A stretch of 64,000 bases of DNA from Octopus sinensis (lineage: Eukaryota), in contig NC_042999.1 of assembly GCF_006345805.1 (NCBI RefSeq), positions 151,590,001 to 151,654,000 of the forward strand, in the 5' to 3' direction. A program made the position numbers and the translations under genes. Below, in pieces: positions 13,786 to 25,526 of the stretch. A model generated the notes under the pieces. The model saw only the letters and a program-made list of their open reading frames with translations. It was not told the origin of the DNA and searched no databases. Position 1 is the first letter of the stretch. Each line of letters begins with the position of its first letter.

Positions 13786-14780
13786 AAAGAGTTATTGCAC
13801 AATTAATTGGGAACTGAATTAGACTAGATGAAATGCAGTTTGGCTTTGTGCCGGGAAGAAGTACTACTGATGCTATTTTTGGTCAGGCAACTGCAAGAGA
13901 AGTATTTAGCTAAGAATAAGCCATTGTACTTAGCATTTGTTGATCTGGAGAAAGCCTTCAACAGAGTGCCTCATTCTGTGATATGGTGGTCTCTGAGGAA
14001 ACTAGGGGTAGATGAATGGCTTGTGAAAGTAGTACAGGCCATGTGCAGAAGTGCTGTTAGTAAGATAAGAATTAGACCATGAGTACAGTGACATTTAGTG
14101 TACGGGTAGCTGTCCATCAAGGCTTGGTCCTCAGCTCTCTCCTACTTATTGTTCTCCAAGCCATAATAGAGAAATTTAAGACTGGAAGCCCATGGGAAAT
14201 ACTATATGTATATGTTAAAGATCTAGCTCTCATAGTAGAATCTGTTATGGAACAAGAAAAGAAATTCCAGGCATAGAAACAAAACCTGGAATCAAAGAGT
14301 CTTAAAGTTACCTTAGCAAAGACCAATGTCCTAGTAAGCAAGAAACTGAACAGGACCCCACCCACTTCAGGTAAATGGCTTTGTTTGCTATGTGGTAAAG
14401 GTGTGGGCAGAAATTCTATTCAATGTACCCAGTGTAAGCTATGGACATACAAGAGATGCAGTGGAATAGTAGGAAGGTTTATAGAGAAAATAATGTTTGT
14501 ATGTGGAAGTATGAGGGCCATAAAGGCCACAAGTACATGAGAAACCAATTTCTTCAAATGTCCCAGTGACTCTTTGGAAGTTATAGATAATTTTTGCTAC
14601 TTAGGTGACCTAATTAGCAGAGGAAGAAGTTGTATATGAGGTGTAATTGCTAGAATAAGAATAGGATGGAGGGAGTTCAAAGAGCTTTTACTTCTGTTGG
14701 CAACCAAATGTTTCTCTCTCCAAGTGAAAGGAAAGTTGTATGATGTATGTATATGAATAGCAATGCTACATGCTAGTGTA
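13786..14780 (+). mobile_element. RTE-clade LINE reverse-transcriptase fragment, decayed
   Basis: VRQLQEKYLAKNKPLYLAFVDLEKAFNRVPHSVIWWSLRKLG and VHQGLVLS; multiple stops and frameshifts. Confidence 0.85.
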
Positions 14781-15499
14781 TATGCCCCCATGTAAACATA
14801 ATGTCCCTCCCCCTTGTGTGTACAGTGCGTTTGTATACAAGATTGATACTCATACAGAGGTTCATCAATGGGTATTTTGATTTTACTCTGCATGAGCATT
14901 TATCAGATTTATTTGCATTTGTGGCAGTGCTGATTTCATTTTCCAGCACTGTTACCAAATTGGCTATATCACTATTATTGCTACTATCACAATGTGACCA
15001 CAGCAGGTGTTTTTCATTCTGGTAGTATTTCCTTTCATGACATTTTGATGCATATAATTGCTGTCTTTTCTATTTGTCGAGCCGGAAGTAGTTGGCCTAT
15101 CATAAGTTATAGTAGGTAAGTTGTTCAATAGTTGGTTCATTTTACTGTTATTAATGCAGTGCATATGTTGCTCTAAATTAATATATATTTATATATATAT
15201 ATTGAAGATGTAGTTGCATAGCAAGTGGCCTGATCTCAGATCGTGTGCTGGAACAAAAATAATTGCTGCATGGAAGGTATTTATAAGCCATTTAAAAAAA
15301 AACACACACAAAATATGTTAAAATATTTTCGTTGCTTTCACACCATAACCTGTTTACTGACAAAATTCCATGCTGTGTCAGCAAACAGGTCGTGGTCTGA
15401 AAGCGATGAAAATATTTTGACAAATTAAATGAATCTAACAGTTTTTTTGTGTTTGTTTTTAAAATGGCTTATAAACACCTTCCATGCTGCAATCATTTT

Positions 15500-15534
<35 letters not shown>

Positions 15535-16019
15535 TCATCATCATTTAACATCTGCTTTCCATGCTGGCATGGGTTAGATGGTTTGACTGGAACTGATAAG
15601 CCAGAGAGCTTCACCAGGTTCCAGTCTGATTTGACATGGTTTCTATGGCTGGATGCCCTTCCTAATGCCAACCACTCTAAGAGTGTAATGGGTGCTTTTT
15701 ACTTGCCACTGGCATGAATGCCATTTACTTGACATTGGCAATGGCCATGACTATGATTTCACAGGTACCATTTACATGATACCATTTACATGACACTAGC
15801 AATGGTCATGACTACAGTTTCATTTGGCTAGACAAGTCTTCTCAAGCAAAGCATATCGCCATGGTCTCAGTCACTTGTCATTGCCTCCATGAGATCTAAC
15901 ATTCGAAGATCATGCTACAAGCAACAGCCCAAATATATATATATAAGAGGTTAGTATATCTTCTAATTAACTTATATGCATATAAGTTAATTAGTTTAGA
16001 CTGAGAATATATATACACA

Positions 16020-16645
16020 CACAAGTGGGTATAAAAAGTTCTTGGCTTTAAGGGTATCACGAAAAGCCTGGTTGGAGATCCAGACTTCTGAGTTCTTTTA
16101 CGAAAAACTGAAGGACTGCTGCAATAAGTATACTCTTTTTTCTCTTTTTACTCTTTTTACTTGTTTCAGTCATTTGACTGCGGCCATGCTGGAGCACCGC
16201 CTTTAGTCGAGCAAATCAACCCCGGGACTTATTCTTTGTAAGCCCAGTACTTATTCTATCGGTCTCTTTTGCCGAACCGCTAAGTAACGGGGACAGAAAC
16301 ACACCAGCATCGGTTGTCAAGCAATGCTAGGGGGACAAACACAAACACACAAACACACACACGCATATATATATATATACATATATACGACGGGCTTCTT
16401 TCAGTTTCCGTCTACCAAATCCACTCACAAGGCATTGGTCGGCCCGAGGCTATAGTAGAAGACACTTGCCCAAGATGCAACGCAGTGGGACTGAACCCAG
16501 AACCATGTGGTTGGTTAGCAAGCTACTTACCACACAGCCACTCCTGCGCCTAAGTATGTTGAAATATGTTGAATAAAATCATAATTAATTGATCCTCCTG
16601 TATTTTCTTTTACCCAAAACCAGAATTTTTCTGCATACCCTCTGA
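16020..16645. mobile_element. Degenerate mariner-type MITE interrupted by a SINE
   Basis: Degenerate inverted ends (GGGTATAAAAAGTTCTTGG / CCAGAATTTTTCTGCATACCC); the SINE at 16132-16550 is flanked by a TAAGTAT duplication. Confidence 0.5.
16132..16550 (-). mobile_element. SINE family A copy, young, with TSD TAAGTAT
   Basis: Nearly identical to 45443-45846; TAAGTAT on both flanks. Confidence 0.9.
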
Positions 16646-16699
16646 TATATATATATATATCATTATCATCATCATCGTTTAACGTCTGCTTCCCATGCC

Positions 16700-18250
16700 A
16701 CCTGAAGGGATTTGTGATTTAAGACTTTGGTTTTCGCTAGATTCACTCTAAGGCTCTTCAATTCTAGACCTTGCTTTCACACCTGAAACTTCTCCTCTAG
16801 TTCTAAAAGTGACTCAGCTATTAGAGCAAGTTCATCAGCATAGACAAGTTCCCAGGGGCATCTTGTCTTGAATTCCTCTGTTATTGCCTGGAGGACTATG
16901 ATAAGAGAAGGCTGAGGACTGATCCTTGGTTAGCCCTTGCTTCTACCCAGAATTCTTCATTGTACTCATTGCCAACCCTCACCTCACTGACAGCATCCCT
17001 GTACATGGCTTATACTGCTCTCACTAGCTACTCGTCTATCCCTAGTTTCCACATTGACCATGAGATAAAGGATTGGGGAACCCTGTGAAAGGCTTTCTCC
17101 ATATCAATGAATACCAAGTACAGAGGTTTATCTTTGGCTAGGTATTTCTCCTACAGCTGTCTTACCACAAATATAGTATCAATGTTGCTTCTCCCTGGCA
17201 CAAACCCAAACTGCATCTCATCTATACTAACTCTCTCCCAAATTAGTTGTGCTATGACCCTCTCCGTAACCTTCATTACCTGATCCAACAACTTGATACC
17301 TCTGTAATAATTCGTATCTAATGCATCACCATTACCTTTGTAGCAGTTGAATATGGTGCTGCTACACCAGTCGTTGGGTATGACTCCTTCACATATCACC
17401 TGATTGACTATACAGGTGACTGGACTATAGCTAACACCACCAGATATTTTAAGCATTTCTCCGGTGATTCCTGATGGGCTGGAGGCTTTCCCAATCTTCA
17501 TATACTTAATTGCTTTATCTACCCAGGTACTGTCAATTTATATAGCTGGTCCCTCTGTTGGGTCGACATTTGGCAGACACTCTTTCTCATATTCATTCTC
17601 TTCATTTAGCATCTCCAAACCTCTCTCTTTGCAGCTTCATTAAATGTAAGTGAGCCATCATCCACGTGGACACATTTCTCTCCTATGGCATCATGATTTT
17701 CTCTCACACACTTTCTTGCAACACGAAACACTTCAAGTCCTCAGGACGCAAAACATTGGCAAATCTTTTCTTATCTGCTTTCCCTCTGGCTAAGTAAATC
17801 TGTTTCTTAGCTTCCCTTCAGGTAATCTGATACAATTCCCTGCTACCACCGTTTTTCAAGTTCTTCCATGCCTGGTTCTTTTCTCTAATGGTCCTGTCAA
17901 CTACATTGTTCCACCACCATGTTACCTTGGGTCAAGAGAGAATTTTGCTCCATCCACAGGTTGTCCCAGAGGAACCTCCAGTTGTCTTCCACATCATGTG
18001 ATGCTATATGACCCTCTATTTTGTCAAAAGCTTTGAATAAAACATTTCTAAATCTCTATCCATTCGCAGAAACCTTAAGCTTCCAGACCCTTCTTCTCCA
18101 TGTTGGTCGTCTTCTGGGCATCCATTTAGCCCTGATCCTGAAGTCACTAACTACTTATCTATGTTATAGGGTGCATTCTTCACCTGGGAAGATTTTGGCA
18201 TTTATAAGTAGCCATCTTTCCCATTTTCTGGCAAGGATGTAATCAATTTG
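16700..18250 (-). mobile_element. RTE-clade LINE fragment (endonuclease end plus RT N-half), same family as 13786-14780
   Basis: QIDYILARK, YRGIKLLDQVMKV, QFGFVPGRS, VRQL motifs. Confidence 0.85.
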
Positions 18251-18361
<111 letters not shown>

Positions 18362-18705
18362 CAAAATAAGCAACAAGTATATTCGAGGCTATACTTATAG
18401 ATGGAAGAGGTAAGAATGCTGCTTATTTTCATTATAATAACCCTGTGGATTTGTATGGATAATACAATACAAAATTCTGCTGCCTTTGACTTAAGTAACA
18501 TATTCATCTGAATCTAAATTTTGCTGAACATGTATGTATGTATGTATGTATGTATGATGTATGTATGTATGTATGTATGTATGTATGTATGTATGTATAT
18601 ATATGTATATGTGTATATATATATGTATGCGTATATATATCCATATATATACACACATATATGTATGTATATATGTGTATATATATATATATTATATATA
18701 TATAT

Positions 18706-18737
<32 letters not shown>

Positions 18738-18812
18738 AATACATATACATATATATATATATATATACATATACATGCATATATACATATACATGCATAT
18801 ATATACACACAC

Positions 18813-18855
<43 letters not shown>

Positions 18856-20796
18856 TATATATTATATATATATATATATGTGAGTGTGTGTGTGTGTATG
18901 TATGTGTGTATATATATAAATAGAGAGAGAGAGAGAGGAAGCTTCTTCCATAAAAAAATTTGAAAATGGTTGAACGTATTGCTTGGTTCTAATTAGATGG
19001 AAGAGGTAAGAATGATATTGTTGTGTTTTGCATATGATTATTCGGTATATAATATGCTTCTAGTTTGTTGTTAAAAGGCTCATGTTAACACAACAGAACA
19101 CATAAACATAAAAATGGTCTTTATTTTCCTGATAGAAAAATATAATTATGAATATGTGATAAAAATAATACAAATTTTAAAAATAAATTAGAAATATATT
19201 TTATATGATAAATATTTTTTTAAAAATTATAAAAATACATCTTGTTCTTCATGTTCACACATTGTTTCAACTCCCACATAGAAACTCATATATGTGTACA
19301 TGAACAATTACGCCCACATGCACAATTACACCCACATGAGAGCACCTTTCTACATGCACACGCTTGACTTACATTATTATACACGAACGTATGTTCAATG
19401 AATAACTAAAGTCTGAGAGAAAGATGCACATGAGGCAACATGGAAGAGTAACTTCGTTACATTAAGTAGTGAGAGTAACGAACAAATCTGAAAGAGCGAT
19501 AGATGTGATGAGAAACTTTATATAGTTGATAGATAAAAAGCTGTATGTGAAAAAGAGGTATATATGAGACCAAAAACATATATATAAATTAATGATATAT
19601 ATATATAAAAAAAGTGATAAAAATGTGATAAATTGATATATTTATAGACTTATAAAAATATATGTAAAAGAGACATATATATACATACACACGTACATAT
19701 GTACATACATACATATATTCATACACACACATACATACATATTTACACACACACACACGCATGCACACACACACACAGACGTGCACACACACACACGTGT
19801 GTGCTCACACACAAACATACATACATATTTACACACACACACACATACACACGCATGCACACACACATGCATTCACACACACACATTCATGTTTATGCAA
19901 TACAATATTATAGATCCAGTTCTGCTGATTTTACTGAACAGTTTCATCCATTAGGGTTTGAAATAAAATCCCAATTCTAGTACTCATCAGAGGGGCTGTA
20001 GAAAGAGTACGTCAATGGCTTTATGACACACTCTTCCTACAGAGAAATCAGGAAATGTCCCACCTGTGGTTGTGAAAAATGGATATGAATGTCAGACCTG
20101 TGGGAGTTGTGAAAAATAGATATGAAAATACTTGTAACAAAAACTCAGAGGGGAAATTTGTTTGAATCATGCCCCTTGTATAGGGATCAGTCTGAGTCAC
20201 CAGAGTGTAAATGGTAAATACCAGCTGAGGATTGACAAGCACTAAGCCTTACAGAGTGTCAGCAGGCTCTAACCTCTTGTATACTTGTGGTACCATTTAA
20301 TCCTTATCCAAGGGATATGACTGTAACAAAATTCCTTCTCTGAGATTCACTTAGTTGCCATTTTTCACAGTATTCACAAACTGGATATAACTTCCTGACT
20401 TCTAGCAACATAGTGCTTTCACCATACTCTTCCTGATACTCCTGATGAGTGCTGGGAATGGATTTTTTACCCTAACATTCTTGTGTACACATCCACCCAT
20501 GCATCACCCCTCCCACACACACACATGCACATATATATAGATAGATTCTTTTTGCACTCTAGGACCGAAATTTTTGGGGAGTGGGCCAGTCAATGAGATA
20601 GACCACAGTACGCACCTGGTACTTAATTTATCGATCCTGAAAGGATGAAAGGCAAAATCAACCTTGGTGGAATTCGAACTCAGAACGTAAAGACAGACGA
20701 AATACTGCTAAGCAATTCGCCCGGCACCAGGCCAGTCAGATCTGGCAGTGTTTCTACAGCTGGATGCCCTTCCTAACGCCAACCACTCCGAGAGTG

Positions 20797-20841
<45 letters not shown>

Positions 20842-21039
20842 TAGAATGATCGCTCTCTTTCCAACCATAGCAAACAACTTCTAAGTATATATATATATTT
20901 TTTCTATTCCTGAGAGTTATACTAATACATCTGTTTGTTTTGTACACCACCTGTCTTCGGCTTTTGCTTTTTTCGTAAACTCTCCCTCGGACATTAAACG
21001 ATGATGATGATGATGATACATATATATATATATATTCTT

Positions 21040-21281
21040 TTATTTTTTTATTCTTTTACTTGTCTCAGTCATTTGACTGTGGTCATGCTTGAGCACTGCC
21101 TTTAGTTGAGCAAATCGAACCCAGGTCTTATTCTTTGTAAGCCCAGTACTTATTCTATTGGTCTCTTTTGCCGAACCACTAGGTTGCAGGGACGTAATCA
21201 TACCAACCTTGGTTATCAAGGGATGGTTGGGGGAGGGGGCACATACACACAAACATATACACACATATACATTATATATAT

Positions 21282-21351
<70 letters not shown>

Positions 21352-21495
21352 ATATATTATATATATATATATTAATTTATATAAATTTAATTATTAATTT
21401 ATTATTTTCGAAATTTATTCTCTTATGAGGTTTTCACGCTATCTACCTGACAATTTCTTGTTAAGTTTTCCTTATTAAGTAGTTGTCCTTAATTG

Positions 21496-21539
<44 letters not shown>

Positions 21540-21645
21540 GACAGACTTCTTTCAGTTTCCGTCTACCAAATCCACTCACAAAGCTTTGGTTGACCCAAGG
21601 CTATAGTAGAAGACCCTTGCCCAAGGGTCCACACAATGGGACTTG
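21040..21645 (-). mobile_element. SINE family A copy with an insert in its internal TA tract
   Basis: Both halves match family A; insert 21395-21500 matches the reverse complement of 7613-7715. Confidence 0.75.
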
Positions 21646-21703
21646 GAGTTATACTCCCTAATATTATTATTATTATTATTATTATATTATATTGATAGCT
21701 TAC

Positions 21704-21870
21704 GTTTCTTGAGTGCATTTAAATCTCAATATAGAAAGCAAGACCTATCTGTAATCTCGGCGGGACCAAAAACGTAACAAATATTTAGCCGATAACTGAA
21801 GAGATGCTGGCGTGGGTTTCCGCCCTGACATCCGAAACTCGGAGTTTTACCATGACTACCGAATAATTAT
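21704..21870 (-). other. Candidate first (mostly 5' UTR) exon of a leftward host gene
   Basis: Unique CpG-rich sequence ending in donor AAC|GTAAGC at the boundary of the CpG-depleted left domain. Confidence 0.3.
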
Positions 21871-22062
21871 CACATATTATATTTACAGATATATATATAT
21901 ACAAAAATTTAAATATATTTTGTATCTTTTCATTTGTCTTGCTTGCTTACATTCTGGCGTTTGCTGAATTTTCTTGACAACAGTCTTTTCTTAGTGGTCA
22001 GACCATATGGGGGTCTACATCTAGCATATTGTATGTCCACTAGTGGTCGTCACTTTTATATG

Positions 22063-22111
<49 letters not shown>

Positions 22112-22130
22112 ACACACACACACACACATG

Positions 22131-22690
22131 CAGGAAGTAAATAGACACCTTTAATTTTCGAAATCTTTTGTTTGATATTAATTGGTTAAAGAAGAGGGGT
22201 TTTCTTCTAGGTGCTCGTCCATAATACCCAAGCTTATGCAAATATGTAACACACATTCTTGGACTAACTTCTAGCTGTTTTGCAATGTCAGAAGCCTTCG
22301 AACGGGGTTCATTTTCCACAATTCTTTTCAAACAGCGAAGCTTCCTTTCCGAGGGCCCAGGTTGGCCAGGACGAGAATCTGTTGATTCTTTTCCTTGGCT
22401 TTTGAATTGTACTATAATTCTATTAACAGTAGGAAGAGGAATTTGAAAATTTTCGGCAATTTTTCGCTGGCTATGACTAGCCTCAGATTGCTCAACAATA
22501 CGACCTCTTTGAAAATCTGACAGTTCTGCTGAATTTTTTGTGTGTGGCATGGTTACTCTTCACAAACATTTAATATAATGGCACCTGGAATGAAAAAGAA
22601 TAATTACATTGTAAATTCTACACCGCTGAAAACATATTAAGGTGCTTAGATCAGAAATTTTGAAAATTAAAGGTGTCTATTTACTTCCTG
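22131..22690 (-). mobile_element. Internally deleted Tc1-like DNA transposon (560 bp)
   Basis: Perfect 29-bp TIRs CAGGAAGTAAATAGACACCTTTAATTTTC at 22131-22159 and 22662-22690; TA on the right flank; transposase N-terminus inside. Confidence 0.9.
22190..22550 (-). pseudogene. Tc1-like transposase N-terminal paired-like HTH domain without the DDE domain
   Basis: ELSDFQRGRIV...GYYGRAPRRKPL, typical of a Tc1 N-terminus; the frame then runs through the TIR. Confidence 0.85.
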
Positions 22691-24420
22691 TATGTCTGTG
22701 TATATACGTATATATTTTCACGGTGATGCTTCTGACATGACTGGTGTTATTGTTGTTGTTGTTAAGCAACAAGACAGGTAAGGGTGATTAGGTGATGGTC
22801 TAGTGCTTAGGGGCGGGAGACCCCAGACCTTGGGAAAAAAGAAAAACTTTGGTCGTTTTGTTGTGGTCGAGGGCTCTTCATTGACGTCCGACACCACTGG
22901 GAGATGGCCCTCGAAGTCGCTGGAAATGGAGATCTCCAGGTCCAAATTCTTGAATGGCTGACATGACTGCAGTAACATGGTAAAAACATTTAAAAGTATA
23001 AAAAAGAATATATTTGTATATGTACAGCCAAATGCCTATATGCAACAAACACACACATACACAAACACTCGCTCACACACATTTGTCTTCTGTGTGTGGA
23101 TTGGTATGTAAGTATATATATATATACACACACACAGTATTTCATTATCAATTTACATTGTCTGTCGATATCCGTGATGATTGTGTACATTTACGTTTAC
23201 GAGTCACACCTCGAGAAAGTAGATCACTCTCATATATGCGTCTTGAGTAAATTTGATCCAAGCAAAGTTTCATATGTATATAAATGTATGTGTGTGTGTG
23301 TGTGTGTGTGTAGTAAAAGATAGGGAGGGAGAGAGAGATAATAATAGAAAAAGTAATCATGAGACAAAGCATAGGAAAGTAATCGAAGCTCAAATGTCCA
23401 CATGTTCTGTATCGACTCAAGGCTATAAAAAGTAAAACAATATGGCTATCTATATCCCAATCGCTATCATCATCGTCATCACCATCGTCATCACCATCAT
23501 CATCATCACCACCATCAACATCAACACCACCACCACCTCTACTATTATTCTTTTCCTCATCATCTACAATGATATATAAGTTAATATCATTAATATTAGG
23601 CTGTGCCCGTGTGTTTGTGTGCTGAACACGTGAACAGCAGAGAGAGAGTGGGGGGAGCAAATAAAGACAGAAAGGCAAGACAGACACACAGAGATATGTA
23701 TAACAAAGATAGGAATATGTATTAAATTACATATACAGTTTAAGTATAAGACAATCAAATTACACCTGCCACACACACTGAAGTGCAGTAATTTCTGTGA
23801 TAGTAAAAAATGGCAATTTCATGCTCTTTGAATATGTGTTCACATATACATGCAAGCATTTATATATTTCTGTTCACTCATACACATTAATACACACACA
23901 CATACATACCTGCATAGATACACAATTGAAAACAACCAACATTATAGTCTACTAATATAATTGGCAGTGTGTCACCTCTTTCTTTCTATTTGTCAATCCC
24001 CTGTCATGCGTATCAAAGGCAATAAAGTGCTACGATGTTGTCAATATCTCGGTATTTTGTTAAAATTTGACAAGTCAATTACTAAGCTGAGTATGGAACA
24101 GAAAAGTACAGTATAAGCTTAAATGTCCATGTACAAATCGTATATAATTATGCGTAAATAAATATTTACGTACAGAACATCGTGTATGAGAAAAGCTAAG
24201 ATAAATACAAAGAACTTAATCAAGATTTTTTTAGACTTTCTCTTTGTGGCTCTAAAAAGATATGAATATATTTTGCTATGCACATTACTCATAGAAAAGT
24301 AAAGGAGATTGTCCTGGCACGCTTAACAGCATGTTGACCACTCATCAGGGAAGAAATTAATAGCTATTTAGATTAAACACAAACTAGCACCTAGCTGTAA
24401 TGACTAGACTGTAATATATA

Positions 24421-24484
<64 letters not shown>

Positions 24485-24505
24485 TCAATTGTGTATGTGT
24501 ATGTG

Positions 24506-24536
<31 letters not shown>

Positions 24537-24549
24537 GCAAAATTTAAGT

Positions 24550-25050
24550 TAGTACATTTTCCCGTAGGGTCGCGTAAACAAAGAGATGTGGGTTCGAGTC
24601 CAACGTGTACGGGAAGACCTACTTTTTCTGTCGAGGGCTTATATGCCCCATTATTAAACTATTTTCTTTAGTCATTGCGCGGTGATCGCTATAAGTTTTA
24701 AGCTTGTAAAATATTATTATTATTATTTACAGAATTGTAAAAATCGACATTGCTTAACAAAACCATCGCAGTAAAAGCACCTGAAAGTTTGTTTACAAAA
24801 ACATCTACGAACTAATTACAGTTCTTAAATCTGACAGAAAAAAGCTGGTTGGTTCGCTGGTGTAATCAGTGGCACATTTGGTCACGTAAACAAAGAGATG
24901 TGGGTTTGAGTCCCACGCGTACGGGAAAACCTACTTTTTCTGTCGTGGCCTTATATGCCCCATTATTAGACTATTTTCTTTAATCATTGCGCACTGTGAA
25001 TGCTATAAGCTTATAAAATACTATTATTATTATTTACACTGCTTAACATT
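24550..25050 (+). repeat. Tandem pair of tRNA-derived repeats (period about 313 bp)
   Basis: TGGTGTAATCAGTGG A box at about 24858; T-arm GTGGG-TT(C/T)GAGT-CC(C/A)AC at about 24588 and 24900; no proper anticodon arm. Confidence 0.65.
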
Positions 25051-25215
25051 TATATACAGACAGATAGATATATTTATATATAGGCTTATCATACCAATTG
25101 ATTTCACACTGGGTATTAAACAGAACTATTATATAACATCATATGCTTGTCAGAGATGGCATGCACGGAAAAAATATGGCCATTGTGTGGTGAAAAAAAT
25201 ATGTCGTAAAAAAAC

Positions 25216-25490
25216 TGTGGTTGATGAAAGGAGCACAACGGAACAAGGAAATAGGAAAACAGAAGTGCAATAAGGTCTTACCTGACAGGGGATGAAGTCG
25301 GATGGCCTTCAGCCAACTTGCTCGCGTGTTGTCGTCTCGGTGCCTTGCTGGGGTCTGTCTCAGCCGGTCGATGCCGCACGTGCGTTGGGTCTGTCCCTTC
25401 CGCTTCCGCCGGCGCATGCGCCCTGCAAGACCTGTAAGCATCACTTCCGCTCCCGCCCGTCCCGTCACACTCCTTCATCACCACACCACA
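25216..25490 (-). repeat. 3' LTR (275 bp)
   Basis: Direct repeat of 29027-29301; preceded on the minus strand by a short purine-rich tract AGCGGGGCG (putative PPT). Confidence 0.96.
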
Positions 25491-25526
25491 CGCCCCGCTG
25501 ATCTATAAATCACTGAACCGGCTTCC

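Noticed and set aside
23148-23687. 179-aa ORF with a Gly/Asp-rich tract
   Set aside because: Derived from (CAT)n/(CAC)n and dinucleotide repeats; no domain or splice support
24850-24925. Possible tRNA gene
   Set aside because: Has A/B boxes and a T-arm but no valid anticodon stem-loop and is part of a longer tandem repeat; treated as SINE-like
25139-25508. About 105-aa ORF duplicated at 28965-29279
   Set aside because: It is the GC-rich LTR itself read through with a GTG start; no evidence of coding
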